In this document: positions 38,225 through 47,857 of the stretch, piece after piece
How positions within the stretch are numbered: the first letter of the stretch is position 1
Layout of the letters: each line of letters opens with the position of its first letter
Origin: Bacteroidales bacterium UBA6192
GTDB lineage: Bacteria > Bacteroidota > Bacteroidia > Bacteroidales > F082
DNA length: 64,000 nt
Assembly (NCBI GenBank): GCA_002422725.1
Contig: DITE01000007.1
Span: 10,957 to 74,956 of the forward strand
Direction: 5' to 3'
The notes under the pieces: model-generated
The model's input: the letters and a program-made list of their open reading frames with translations, nothing else
What the model was told of the DNA's origin: nothing
Databases searched by the model: none
Program-made: the position numbers and the translations under genes

Positions 38225-39504
38225 ACCTTGACGAGTTTTAACAATTCGCGTTTCCCTTTTCCATTGCTGACCTGCAGCATATAAAACCCTGATTTCAGAT
38301 TGCTCAGCGAAATTCCGACTGAATACTGGCCTTTGCCGGTTTCGGCGGGAATTTCCAGTATAGATTTTCCGGCTGCATCAAACAAATTGACTAAAACAGA
38401 TTGTGGCTCATCAGTATAAAACTTCAGCAACACATCATCTCCGGCCGGATTAGGAAATACACTGGCCTGAAATGGATTCATCTCAAAACCTTGTATATCG
38501 AGCACCTTGTCCACCTTCAGTTTAAGGGTTATGGGCAAATGATCCGACATATTATACAAAGCATTGGCTACCGACTGCGGCACATCGGTGTTGGCAGGAG
38601 AACTGTTGATGGTGCTGTTGAACCTCAAACCATCCTGCCCAACAGCCCTGTAAGATTCCTGAACATATCGAACTTTTTTCGTGCCAAACCTCACCTCATC
38701 CGAAATCAGGATAAAATCGAAGCGGTCGTCCATGCCTCCTCCGGCTTTGCAGTCGTTTGAGCTCACATTGGTGGATTGCGTGTGGATGCCGGCATAAAGA
38801 CTGTTGTTGTTCCAATCGCCGATCTGCCCGATTGGATCAATTAATCTGGTATTGGCATTGGGGTAGTTGATCATTTGCTGAAACGCCGGCTCATTGCCTG
38901 AGTAAAGGTTAAAGTCGCCCATAAACAGCACGTTGTCAAAGTTATGGTTCTGTTCAAGATATTTCATGGTATTCTCGGCCATCACTTTTCGCAAGTTTTC
39001 GTTTGAGGAACCATCACCGGCTTTAAGGTGTCCTACCGCACAAATGATGAAAGCGGTGTCGCCCAAAGGCAGATCATTTGCGTAGTAGTAAAGTTCATAT
39101 ACATCAATATCCCGTAAATAGGTCTGGGCTATACTTTGCTTCTTCAGCCGTAACTTCCGTGAATCATAATAAAGCATATTGACAATATTGCTACTGGCAA
39201 CCGGACTAAAAGCGGCTTTGCGGTAGTAATTAATTCCTGCAATATTCAGGTTTTCATCTAGCAGATGCTGATGGATAGCTTCAGAATCGGCAATTTCGTT
39301 AACCGTAAAAATGTCGGGTTTCACATGGTTGAGAACGGCACGTAAATGCGGGTCCTTCATTGCCAGGCTGTTGTTGCTGTTGTTGCAGAAGCTGGTTATC
39401 TGGCCGTAATACAACAAATTGTAATGCATCACGGTAAGTGTATCCTGCGAATATACTTTTAACGAAAATAAAAGGGAAATCAATATCAGTAAAAACAGTG
39501 GCAT
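38218..39504 (-). CDS. Endonuclease/exonuclease/phosphatase-family protein with T9SS C-terminal sorting domain
   Basis: 'LTVMHYNLLYYG', 'DIFTVNEI', 'LFMGDFNLY', 'DFILISDE', 'SDHLPI'. C-terminal 'VFPNPAGDDVLLKFY...GFYMLQV'. The ATG at 39504 gives a clean signal peptide. Confidence 0.75.
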   Translation of the reverse strand: MPLFLLILISLLFSLKVYSQDTLTVMHYNLLYYGQITSFCNNSNNSLAMKDPHLRAVLNHVKPDIFTVNEIADSEAIHQHLLDENLNIAGINYYRKAAFSPVASSNIVNMLYYDSRKLRLKKQSIAQTYLRDIDVYELYYYANDLPLGDTAFIICAVGHLKAGDGSSNENLRKVMAENTMKYLEQNHNFDNVLFMGDFNLYSGNEPAFQQMINYPNANTRLIDPIGQIGDWNNNSLYAGIHTQSTNVSSNDCKAGGGMDDRFDFILISDEVRFGTKKVRYVQESYRAVGQDGLRFNSTINSSPANTDVPQSVANALYNMSDHLPITLKLKVDKVLDIQGFEMNPFQASVFPNPAGDDVLLKFYTDEPQSVLVNLFDAAGKSILEIPAETGKGQYSVGISLSNLKSGFYMLQVSNGKGKRELLKLVKVY

Positions 39505-39565
39505 GAATAAGTAATTGGACGTCAAAAGTAACTAAAATTGGTATAGCTTACAGTTGCTGTACTCT

Positions 39566-40642
39566 TCAGGTGGCAATCGGGTCGTGTCCGATCACGCCGC
39601 TTCCAAAACAAACAGCTTCGGTAGGATGATACAACACTCCAAACTGTCCTGGTGCCACACCCGAAACAGGCTCGTCGGAAATTATGGCAACCCTATTGTC
39701 ACGTATTGAAAGTCTGCCAGAGTTAAAGTTGGGCTGGTGCCTGATCTTGAACCGTATAAATTGCCCGTCGGTAAAACCCGTTTCCGGATGAATAGACTGA
39801 AGATCGTCGAGCACAATCTTCATTTGATATTGGCTCAGGGGATCATAGCCGTTGGAAACATACACAATGTTTTCATTCGTGTCCTTTTTCACCACAAACC
39901 AGGGTCCGTGACTCAAACCCAGTCCTTTACGCTGACCAATGGTGTGAAACCAAAAACCCTTGTGTTTACCCAGAATTTTACCTGTTTCCAGTTCTATGAT
40001 GATTCCCTCTTTTTCGCCGGCATAGCGGCGTATGAAATCGTTGTAATTGATTTTACCCAGAAAACAAATTCCCTGACTGTCGGGTCGGTGCGCGCTGGGC
40101 AGACGCATATTCTCTGCAATACTGCGCACCTCGCTTTTAACGAGTCCTCCAACAGGAAACATTAGCTTGCTCAATTGTGGATAGGTAATACGCGCCAGAA
40201 AATACGTCTGATCTTTTACAGGGTCAGCAGCGGTGCCAAGAAAAAATCCTTTATCGTTTTCAATAACGCGGGCATAGTGCCCGGTGCTGACTTTATCAAA
40301 CTGTTTCCCGAAACGATCCTCAAAACTTCCAAATTTGATCAGTCGGTTGCACATCACATCCGGATTGGGTGTCAGCCCCTTTTTCACGGCATCAATGGTA
40401 TAAGCCACCACCCTGTCCCAGTATTCTTTCTGTAGATCGACAATCTCCATGCGGCAGCCATATTTCCTGGCAATGTAAGTCGTAATTTCTATGTCCTCCT
40501 CTGCAGGACAATCAACATAACCCGGTTCGTCTTCCATTCCGATACGAATATAAAAGATCACCGGATTGTAACCTTGTTCTCTGAGCAAGGGAATGGTTAC
40601 CGAACTATCAACGCCTCCCGAAACCAGGGCAGCTATTTGCAT
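39566..40642 (-). CDS. mnmA: tRNA-specific 2-thiouridylase MnmA
   Basis: 358 aa. PP-loop '[11 protein letters not shown]', '[11 protein letters not shown]', 'ATGHYAR-like STGHYAR' and 'KDQTYFL'. Confidence 0.9.
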   Translation of the reverse strand: MQIAALVSGGVDSSVTIPLLREQGYNPVIFYIRIGMEDEPGYVDCPAEEDIEITTYIARKYGCRMEIVDLQKEYWDRVVAYTIDAVKKGLTPNPDVMCNRLIKFGSFEDRFGKQFDKVSTGHYARVIENDKGFFLGTAADPVKDQTYFLARITYPQLSKLMFPVGGLVKSEVRSIAENMRLPSAHRPDSQGICFLGKINYNDFIRRYAGEKEGIIIELETGKILGKHKGFWFHTIGQRKGLGLSHGPWFVVKKDTNENIVYVSNGYDPLSQYQMKIVLDDLQSIHPETGFTDGQFIRFKIRHQPNFNSGRLSIRDNRVAIISDEPVSGVAPGQFGVLYHPTEAVCFGSGVIGHDPIAT

Positions 40643-40748
40643 GGACTATATAATTTTTTGCAAATGTCGGAAAATTCATCCAATGGCCACTTTAGCGTAA
40701 AATGATTCTAAATAGCGTTGCCCGGTGCAATCGTCTGCACAGAATTTC

Positions 40749-40756
40749 TATTTTTG
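40749..40756 (+). promoter_or_regulatory. Candidate -7 promoter box TATTTTTG upstream of the ligase-carrier-AOS operon
   Basis: It matches TAnnTTTG and lies ~70 nt upstream of the ATG at 40826, in the 183-bp divergent region shared with mnmA. Confidence 0.3.
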
Positions 40757-40825
40757 ATAACTTAAAAACATGGGGCATCTAACCCATTGAATCATCATCA
40801 AATATTTTAAAAAAAACCAAATTCT

Positions 40826-42529
40826 ATGTCGAACATTGGATCGTATGAAGAAAGGGTAAAAAATTTCGAATGGAGCATTGCCGAAAAAGAACTCGGTTAT
40901 GAACCGGGAGGAGACATCAACATTGGCTGGTATTGCACCGACCGAATCTGCCAGATGGGCAAAGCCAGTAAAATGGCTATTTTATGGGAAGGACTTGGTG
41001 GCGTTGAAAAGAAATACACTTACAACGACCTTCGGCTCAGGACCAATACCATGGCCAGTTTTCTGATTGGATTGGGTGTTAACCAGGGAGACAGGGTTTG
41101 TCTGTTCATGGACAAGGTTCCGGAATTGTACATTGGTGTGCTTTCGGTACTCAAAATGGGTGCCGTAGCTCAACCGTTGTTCTCTGCTTTTGGCGACGAA
41201 TCACTATTCATCCGACTCGAAAATGCCGGAACCAGCGCCATCATCACCCAACGTAAACATGTTGGCAAGGTGCGACAAATTCTAGATAAACTTCCCGGAC
41301 TTAAAAACATCATCATCATCGATCACGATGGAAAAAAAGAGCTGAAGGAAAGGGAAACTGTTTTTGCTATGGATTCGGCTGTTCAGGTTGAACATTTCGA
41401 CGTGGCAAAAACCAAAGCTGAATCCCCCTCTGTACTTCATTACACTTCGGGAACAACTGGCCAGCCCAAAGGCGTGAAACATGTGCATTATTCCCTCATT
41501 TCGCAATACCTGACTACAAAGTGGGTTCTCGACATGCAGGAGGATGATATTTACTGGTGCACCGCCGATCCGGGCTGGGTCACAGGCACCTCCTACGGCA
41601 TCATTGGCGGTTTTGCTACCGGTGCAACCAACTGCATACTCGACACAGGCTTCTCGGCCGAGAGCTGGTATCGTTTTATCCAAAAATATAAGGTGACGAT
41701 GTGGTATTCGGCTCCAACAGCTATCCGATCGCTGATGAAAGCCGGCGATGAACTGGTGAAACAATTCGACTTATCGTCGCTGCGTCACCTTGCCAGTGTG
41801 GGCGAACCCCTGAATGCTGAGGCTGTTATCTGGAGTGAAAAAGTATTCGGAAAAGCTTTTCACGACACTTATTGGCAAACAGAAACCGGCTCGATGATGA
41901 TTGTCAATGTACCAGGATTGAAAATAAAACCCGGATCAATGGGCAAACCATTTCCCGGAATCACGGCTACTGTGCTCGACGAAAACACCTACGAACCCGT
42001 TTCGGGTCCCAACAAGCCCGGTTTGATCGCTTTCAGGCCCGGCTGGCCTGCCATGATGCGCACCTATTGGAACAATGAAGAAACCTATCAGAAGAAATTT
42101 AAAAACGGCTGGTATCTCTCCGGTGATAAAGCCTTTCTTGATCAGGACAATTACTTCTGGTTTATCGGTCGCGACGACGATGTGATCAACACCGGTGGTC
42201 ACCTGGTGAGCCCATTTGAAGTTGAATCGGCTTTGTTGGAACACGAAGCTGTTGCCGAGTCGGCTGTGGTGGCCAAGCCCGATGAAGTAAATATGGAAGT
42301 TGTCAAAGCATTCGTTGTGCTCAACGAAGGATTTGAGCCAGGCGATATGCTCGAACTTCAAATAATGAACTTCATCCGTAAAAAACTCAGCCCACTTGCC
42401 ATGCCACAGGAAATTGAATACCTCGATAAGCTTCCCAAAACCCGCAGCGGAAAAATCATGCGTCGGCTGCTACACGCCAAGGAATGGGGCCATGATATCG
42501 GGGATGTTTCTACCCTTGAAGATGATTGA
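40826..42529 (+). CDS. Adenylate-forming ligase, Bacillus AcsA-like (acetyl/short-chain acyl-CoA synthetase type)
   Basis: 567 aa. 'LHYTSGTTGQPKGV', 'YWCTADPGWVTG', 'YWQTETG', 'GWYLSGD' and 'KLPKTRSGKIMRR'. Its overall collinearity with short AcsA-type synthetases is judged from memory. Confidence 0.8.
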   Translation: MSNIGSYEERVKNFEWSIAEKELGYEPGGDINIGWYCTDRICQMGKASKMAILWEGLGGVEKKYTYNDLRLRTNTMASFLIGLGVNQGDRVCLFMDKVPELYIGVLSVLKMGAVAQPLFSAFGDESLFIRLENAGTSAIITQRKHVGKVRQILDKLPGLKNIIIIDHDGKKELKERETVFAMDSAVQVEHFDVAKTKAESPSVLHYTSGTTGQPKGVKHVHYSLISQYLTTKWVLDMQEDDIYWCTADPGWVTGTSYGIIGGFATGATNCILDTGFSAESWYRFIQKYKVTMWYSAPTAIRSLMKAGDELVKQFDLSSLRHLASVGEPLNAEAVIWSEKVFGKAFHDTYWQTETGSMMIVNVPGLKIKPGSMGKPFPGITATVLDENTYEPVSGPNKPGLIAFRPGWPAMMRTYWNNEETYQKKFKNGWYLSGDKAFLDQDNYFWFIGRDDDVINTGGHLVSPFEVESALLEHEAVAESAVVAKPDEVNMEVVKAFVVLNEGFEPGDMLELQIMNFIRKKLSPLAMPQEIEYLDKLPKTRSGKIMRRLLHAKEWGHDIGDVSTLEDD

Positions 42530-42608
42530 TTGGCATTGCCCGCAAAGATCGATTTTAAACCACTTAAAATGAATAATCATATTAATAAACCCTAAAATTC
42601 AAATAAAC

Positions 42609-42863
42609 ATGAACAACATGAAAGACATCGTTCTAAAGTATGTAATTGACGAATATCTCGACGACCCGGATGAAGAACTAACCTACGACAGCCCGCTGAT
42701 TTCGGGTGGCATCGTTGATTCATTCTCTATGGTATCGCTGAAACGTTTCCTCGAAGCTACCTATAAAATTTCGCTTCCCGATGACAGGGCAACACCCGAG
42801 GCTTTCGATACCGTGAACAGCATTGTTACCCTGGTTGAAGAATTTATAAGTAAAAAATCATAA
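42609..42863 (+). CDS. Small acyl/peptidyl carrier protein
   Basis: 84 aa and acidic. 'GGIVDSFSMVSL' fits the phosphopantetheine attachment motif G-x-x-DS. It lies 13 nt upstream of the alpha-oxoamine synthase gene. Confidence 0.7.
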   Translation: MNNMKDIVLKYVIDEYLDDPDEELTYDSPLISGGIVDSFSMVSLKRFLEATYKISLPDDRATPEAFDTVNSIVTLVEEFISKKS

Positions 42864-42876
42864 ATACAGGGGAAAA

Positions 42877-44124
42877 ATGGGATATAGTGATAAAGTTAGG
42901 GGCGTATATCAGGAAACCCTAAAGAAAATTGAAGATGCCGGCCTGTTCAAGACCGAAAGGACAATTTTTTCGTCGCAGGCTGCCGAAATTGAGGTTGAAT
43001 TTCCTGTTGGTGCCCCGCGAAAAAGGGTTATCAATATGTGCGCCAACAATTACCTTGGCTTGTCGAGCCATCCCGATGTGGTTCAGGCTGCACACAAAGG
43101 ACTCGATACCCATGGTTACGGCATGTCGTCCGTAAGATTTATCTGCGGCACACAGGACATCCACAAGGAACTCGAAAAGAAAATCACCGAGTTTCTCGGA
43201 ACCGAGGACACCATTCTTTTCCCTTCATGCATGGATGCCAATGCCGGCGTGTTTGAGGCCATACTCACCGAAGAAGACGTGATGATCAGCGACAGGCTGG
43301 TGCATGCTTCCATCATCGATGGTATAAGGCTCTCGCCCGCCATGCGCGACACCTTCAAGCACCAGAACATGGAACACCTGGAGCAGAAATTGCAGGAGTT
43401 TGAAAACAAAAGGATCAAGGTTGTCATCACCGACGGCGTTTTCTCGATGGACGGTGATACGGCCAGATTGGACGAAATGGTTGCACTTTGCGAAAAATAC
43501 GACGCCTTGCTGTTTGTCGATGATTCTCACTCAAGTGGATTTATTGGCAAAACAGGCCGCGGAACCCATGAAAAATATGGTGTGATGGGCAAAATCGATA
43601 TCATCACCACTACCTTTGGCAAAGCCCTGGGCGGTGCTTCCGGCGGATGTGTGTCGGGCCGCAGGGAGATAGTTGAGATGTGCCGTCAAAAAGCCCGTCC
43701 TTACCTGTTTTCCAACACCATTGCCCCGGTAGTTGTTTCGGGAGTGCTCAACGTGCTCGAAACCTTGTCGAAAAGCACCGAAAGGCGCGACAAGCTCGAA
43801 ACAAACAGCGATTACTGGCGCAAAGGATTGCTCGATGCAGGCTTTGTACTCCAGCCCGGCGACACACCTATCATCCCGGTGATGCTGTTCAATGCCAAGC
43901 TGGCGCAAAACTTCTCGCGCGACCTTTATGAAGAAGGTATCTATGCTATCGGATTTTTCTTCCCGGTGGTGCCAAACGGTGCTGCCCGCATCCGTACCCA
44001 GATATCAGCTGCACACGAAATACACCATCTCGATAAAGCCCTTGCCGCTTTTATTAAGGTGGGTAAAAAATACAATATTCTTGGCAAGACCAAAAAGGAA
44101 ATTGTTGAGATGTACGGCCTTTAA
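42877..44124 (+). CDS. PLP-dependent alpha-oxoamine synthase (Kbl/BioF/Spt family), operon copy
   Basis: 415 aa. 'CANNYLGLS', 'GMSSVRFICGT', 'HASIIDG', 'DGVFSMDGD', 'DDSHSSG' and 'TTFGKALGG' (PLP lysine). It has short N- and C-terminal extensions relative to the second copy. Confidence 0.85.
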   Translation: MGYSDKVRGVYQETLKKIEDAGLFKTERTIFSSQAAEIEVEFPVGAPRKRVINMCANNYLGLSSHPDVVQAAHKGLDTHGYGMSSVRFICGTQDIHKELEKKITEFLGTEDTILFPSCMDANAGVFEAILTEEDVMISDRLVHASIIDGIRLSPAMRDTFKHQNMEHLEQKLQEFENKRIKVVITDGVFSMDGDTARLDEMVALCEKYDALLFVDDSHSSGFIGKTGRGTHEKYGVMGKIDIITTTFGKALGGASGGCVSGRREIVEMCRQKARPYLFSNTIAPVVVSGVLNVLETLSKSTERRDKLETNSDYWRKGLLDAGFVLQPGDTPIIPVMLFNAKLAQNFSRDLYEEGIYAIGFFFPVVPNGAARIRTQISAAHEIHHLDKALAAFIKVGKKYNILGKTKKEIVEMYGL

Positions 44125-44151
44125 TGGCTGAAGCAATTTAACAGCAGATTA

Positions 44152-44189
44152 CAGCCGGCACTTCAACAAAATTGCCGGCTGTTATTTTT
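44152..44189 (+). terminator. Rho-independent terminator after the ligase-carrier-AOS operon
   Basis: Stem CAGCCGGCA (44152-44160) pairs with TGCCGGCTG (44173-44181) across a 12-nt loop, followed by TTATTTTT. Confidence 0.7.
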
Positions 44190-44430
44190 GAAAAATAAGC
44201 TAAGGTTCAATATTTTCAACATTTTCCTTAATTTTCACCGAATTGAGCAAGTCTATTCGTAAAACTTTTGAATTTTGATTGTCTCGAAAAAGTGGGAAGT
44301 GTATCTTTGAACAGACAGGCATTGCACTCTGTCAGTACAATAATGTTCTTAACCAGAGCAAGACGGCTTCCGGCCTGGCATTTTTGCTATTTTTGCAACT
44401 ATATCATTGCCACCATAAATCGTAAATATC

Positions 44431-45444
44431 ATGACCAACAATTGCTTAATGAATAAATCGGCATTTCTAATCTTCATGCTGTTGCTGGCTTTGACAGCCT
44501 GCAATCCAAACCAGCCAACCAACCTGGCACAAGTGCTGCGGGCCGACACCGCTATCAATGCCCTGGTGCCACAAAAAGCTGTTCTTGAGATTCTCGACAC
44601 CAATTTTGTGTTTGTCGAAGGTCCGGTTTGGAAGTCCGATGGATCTCTGTTGTTTTCAGATATCCCGGCCGACAGAATTATTCGCTGGCATCCTGTTGAA
44701 GCTTTCAGCGATTATCTGAATCCGTCGCAGCAAACCAACGGACTTGCCTACGACAAGGATAACAACCTCATCATGTGTTCGCATGGTGCCAGAGCAGTAA
44801 TTCGACAACAGGCCGATGGAACCCTCACCTATCTGGCCCATAAGTATCAGGGCAAACGCCTCAATAGCCCCAACGACCTGGTGATTGCCTCCAGTGGTGC
44901 CCTGTATTTTACCGACCCTTCATGGGGATTGAAGGATCTGGAACAATCGGCAGACAAAGAGCTGTCGTTCAATGGGGTATATGTGCTCCTGAACGACAGT
45001 TTAATATTGATCGACAGCACACTGTGGCGTCCAAATGGCATCACCCTGTCGCCCGATCAGCGCACTTTGTATGTTTCGGATATGTTTGTGAACAATGTCG
45101 GAAATATAAAAACCCTCTATCAATACACTTTGGATGAAAACGGAATGCCCATCTCCAAAAAACTGAATACCGTTACTGGTGCATCCGACGAAATTTTGCG
45201 TCAGGAAGGTGGTTTTGATGGGATTAAGACAGATATACACGGCAATTTGTATTGCACCGGACCCCATGGTATTGTGGTGCTGAATGCCTCCGGAAATTAC
45301 CTTGGTACAATACGCACGCCCCTAAGCCCTGCGAATTGTGGCTGGGGCGACGAAGATTTTAAAACACTTTACATCACTGCACGCCGACATGTTTACCGTA
45401 TCAGACTTAATGTACAGGGGTTTATGCCACTTCGGGAAATATAA
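44431..45444 (+). CDS. SMP-30/gluconolactonase/LRE-family lipoprotein
   Basis: Lipobox 'LLLALTAC', 'VEGPVWKSDGSLLFSDIPADRIIRW', 'PNDLVIASSGALYFTDP', 'RPNGITLSPDQRTLYVSD' and 'FKTLYITA'. Confidence 0.8.
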   Translation: MTNNCLMNKSAFLIFMLLLALTACNPNQPTNLAQVLRADTAINALVPQKAVLEILDTNFVFVEGPVWKSDGSLLFSDIPADRIIRWHPVEAFSDYLNPSQQTNGLAYDKDNNLIMCSHGARAVIRQQADGTLTYLAHKYQGKRLNSPNDLVIASSGALYFTDPSWGLKDLEQSADKELSFNGVYVLLNDSLILIDSTLWRPNGITLSPDQRTLYVSDMFVNNVGNIKTLYQYTLDENGMPISKKLNTVTGASDEILRQEGGFDGIKTDIHGNLYCTGPHGIVVLNASGNYLGTIRTPLSPANCGWGDEDFKTLYITARRHVYRIRLNVQGFMPLREI

Positions 45445-45550
45445 TGTGTGTTTGGCATCCCTCCTCCGGTGAATTATTCCTGTAGCTTCACGCTTTGATC
45501 AGTGCGAAAGCAGTACTTTTGCCAAATATTTCAATCAAAGCATTTGCCCT

Positions 45551-46741
45551 ATGTACGACAGGATGAAAGAAAGTTTAAAGGCTGATCTTCTGCAGATTAA
45601 AGAAGCCGGCCTGTACAAAGAAGAACGCACACTCGTGTCGCCACAGTCGGCTGAGATAACGCTCGACAGTGGAAAGAAAGTACTGAATTTTTGTGCCAAC
45701 AATTACCTTGGTCTTTCGGATCATCCCAGATTGATCAGGGCAGCGAAAAAAGCCCTTGACACGCACGGATATGGAATGTCGTCGGTTAGGTTTATATGCG
45801 GCACTACTGATCTTCATAAGATTCTGGAAAAGAAAATTGCTGATTTTTTTGGCACAGAGGATACCATCCTATATGCTGCAGCATTTGATGCCAATGGTGG
45901 CGTTTTCGAACCCTTGCTGGGGCCAAAAGATGCCATCATATCCGATACGCTCAACCATGCTTCCATCATCGATGGGGTGAGGTTGTGTAAAGCTGAGCTT
46001 TACCGTTTTGCCAACGCCAATATGACACAGTTGGAAGAGCGGCTGATTCTGGCACAGGAGCACAACTTCCGGATTATTGTGACTGATGGTGTTTTTTCAA
46101 TGGATGGCAATGTCGCTCCTTTGAATGAAATTGTGCGTCTGGCCAATAAATATGATGCTATGGTAATGGTAGATGAATGCCATTCAGCTGGTGTTGTCGG
46201 AGAAACAGGTCGCGGTGTAACCGAGTTGTTTAATCTGCGGGGCCAGGTTGAAATAATTACCGGAACACTTGGCAAAGCTTTTGGCGGAGCTATCGGTGGC
46301 TTCACAACCGGAAAAAAAGAAATTATCGAATACCTGCGACAAAGGTCAAGGCCTTATTTGTTTTCTAATTCTTTACCTCCTGCAGTAGTCAATGCCGGAA
46401 TCGAGATGTTCGATATGATGAACGAGACACACGAACTCCAGGACAGGCTGCACGAAAACACAAGCTATTTCGTAGAAGAGATGAAGACAGCTGGCTTCGA
46501 TCTTAAACCAACAAAATCAGCTATTTGCGCGGTAATGTTGTACGATGCACCACTGGCCAAAAAATTCGCCGACACCCTGCTCGATGAAGGCATTTATGTG
46601 ATCGGCTTCTCGTTTCCAGTGGTGCCCCGTGGCGAAGCCCGCATCAGGGTGCAACTTTCGGCCGCCCACACCAGAGAACATCTGGATAAGGCCATTAAGG
46701 CATTCATCAAAGTGGGTAAACTTCTTGATGTGCTCAAATAA
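45551..46741 (+). CDS. kbl: Glycine C-acetyltransferase-like alpha-oxoamine synthase (2-amino-3-ketobutyrate CoA ligase-like)
   Basis: 396 aa and collinear with E. coli Kbl as I remember it. 'GLYKEER', 'NFCANNYLGLS', 'GMSSVRFICGT', 'LNHASIIDGVRLCKA', 'DECHSAG', 'GTLGKAFGG', 'RPYLFSNS' and 'ARIRVQLSAAHT'. Confidence 0.75.
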   Translation: MYDRMKESLKADLLQIKEAGLYKEERTLVSPQSAEITLDSGKKVLNFCANNYLGLSDHPRLIRAAKKALDTHGYGMSSVRFICGTTDLHKILEKKIADFFGTEDTILYAAAFDANGGVFEPLLGPKDAIISDTLNHASIIDGVRLCKAELYRFANANMTQLEERLILAQEHNFRIIVTDGVFSMDGNVAPLNEIVRLANKYDAMVMVDECHSAGVVGETGRGVTELFNLRGQVEIITGTLGKAFGGAIGGFTTGKKEIIEYLRQRSRPYLFSNSLPPAVVNAGIEMFDMMNETHELQDRLHENTSYFVEEMKTAGFDLKPTKSAICAVMLYDAPLAKKFADTLLDEGIYVIGFSFPVVPRGEARIRVQLSAAHTREHLDKAIKAFIKVGKLLDVLK

Positions 46742-46913
46742 TATACTTTAGACAAGGTTTAACTGATCAGCACGGCAGTGGATTAAAAGATGATTTTGTA
46801 TCATCTTGATGCAAGGCAGTTATTTGATCTGAATGCCGGATCTGTTAAAAGTTCCGGCTGATTTCACTTTTTCTATCTGAAAATCCTTTATTTTGCATCA
46901 AATTAAGCAGACT

Positions 46914-47288
46914 ATGATCATAGGAATTGGCACCGACATCATCGAAGTCATCCGCATGGAGAAACATCTGAAGAACAGCAATGGGCTCAAGGAAAAGCTA
47001 TTTACCGAAACAGAACAAGCCTATGCTGAGCCTAAAGCCTCACGATACCAGCATTATGCGGCTCGTTTTGCTGCCAAAGAAGCATTCTTTAAGGCCCTGG
47101 GAACCGGATATCGTTTTGGAATGGCTTTTCTTGAAATTGAAATCGTTAATGATGAGCTTGGCAAACCAGTGATTACTGCACACGGAAAAGTGAAAGAATA
47201 CCTCGAAAAGCTTGGAGTAAAACACATCCATTTATCCATTTCCCATGTGAAGGAAATGGCCAATGCCTTTGTAATACTGGAAAAATAG
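46914..47288 (+). CDS. acpS: Holo-[acyl-carrier-protein] synthase
   Basis: 'MIIGIGTDIIEV', 'FAAKEAFFKALG' and 'HLSISH'. I prefer the ATG at 46914 over the track start at 46893. Confidence 0.85.
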   Translation: MIIGIGTDIIEVIRMEKHLKNSNGLKEKLFTETEQAYAEPKASRYQHYAARFAAKEAFFKALGTGYRFGMAFLEIEIVNDELGKPVITAHGKVKEYLEKLGVKHIHLSISHVKEMANAFVILEK

Positions 47289-47301
47289 GATACAACAATT
47301 T

Positions 47302-47616
47302 CTACAGAATCTGCCCCCAGTATCCCTTACCCTTTTCGACCCGGATATCTCCCAAAACTTTTATCTGACACGACAAGCGCAGTCCTCTTACATGATTGTG
47401 AGGTGGCAGGCTAAGCCGTAGCCTCTCCTTTGAATGCATCGGGCTGACATCACCGGTAATTTTCATTGCACAAGTGCCACAACTACCCAATCCCCTGCAA
47501 TTAATAAAATTGGAATTACCATTATGAGGGCTAATTCCATGTTTGATTAAAACTTCGCGGAGCTGGCTGCCTATCGGGCAATGTATTTTTTTATTTTCGA
47601 ACTCAATTACAGGCAT
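47302..47616 (-). CDS. 2Fe-2S ferredoxin-like protein
   Basis: 104 aa. 'CRGLGSCGTCAMKI' (C-x5-C-x2-C) plus a distal 'LSCQ' cysteine. Confidence 0.65.
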   Translation of the reverse strand: MPVIEFENKKIHCPIGSQLREVLIKHGISPHNGNSNFINCRGLGSCGTCAMKITGDVSPMHSKERLRLSLPPHNHVRGLRLSCQIKVLGDIRVEKGKGYWGQIL

Positions 47617-47857
47617 GTTAATGAACTTAATGCCGTTAAACAGTCTTTTGTGAAAAATGTTCTTTGATAGATGCGTTTTGTATACATTTCAACCTCCGAA
47701 TCGAAATAATGAAGATTTTACAGCATCATTCTACAGCCAATTTGTCGCCGTTTACCGACTTATTTCTCCTTCTTACCTAATTTTCGTTTACAAACCTTTA
47801 GCATTGCCTTAGTTTTGCTTCATGAATAAAAAATCATTAACCCAATAATTTTATCAA

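Noticed and set aside
42919-44131. Cluster of 60-125-aa ORFs in several frames on both strands within the first alpha-oxoamine synthase gene
   Set aside because: They occur because this relatively GC-rich coding region has few stop codons in its alternative frames. The 415-aa frame carries all the PLP-enzyme motifs.
42877-46741. Interpreting either alpha-oxoamine synthase as biotin-pathway BioF
   Set aside because: No other bio genes (bioA, bioB, bioD, bioC/H) are in the window, and both proteins read closer to Kbl than to BioF by motif recollection. This is not excluded without a phylogeny.
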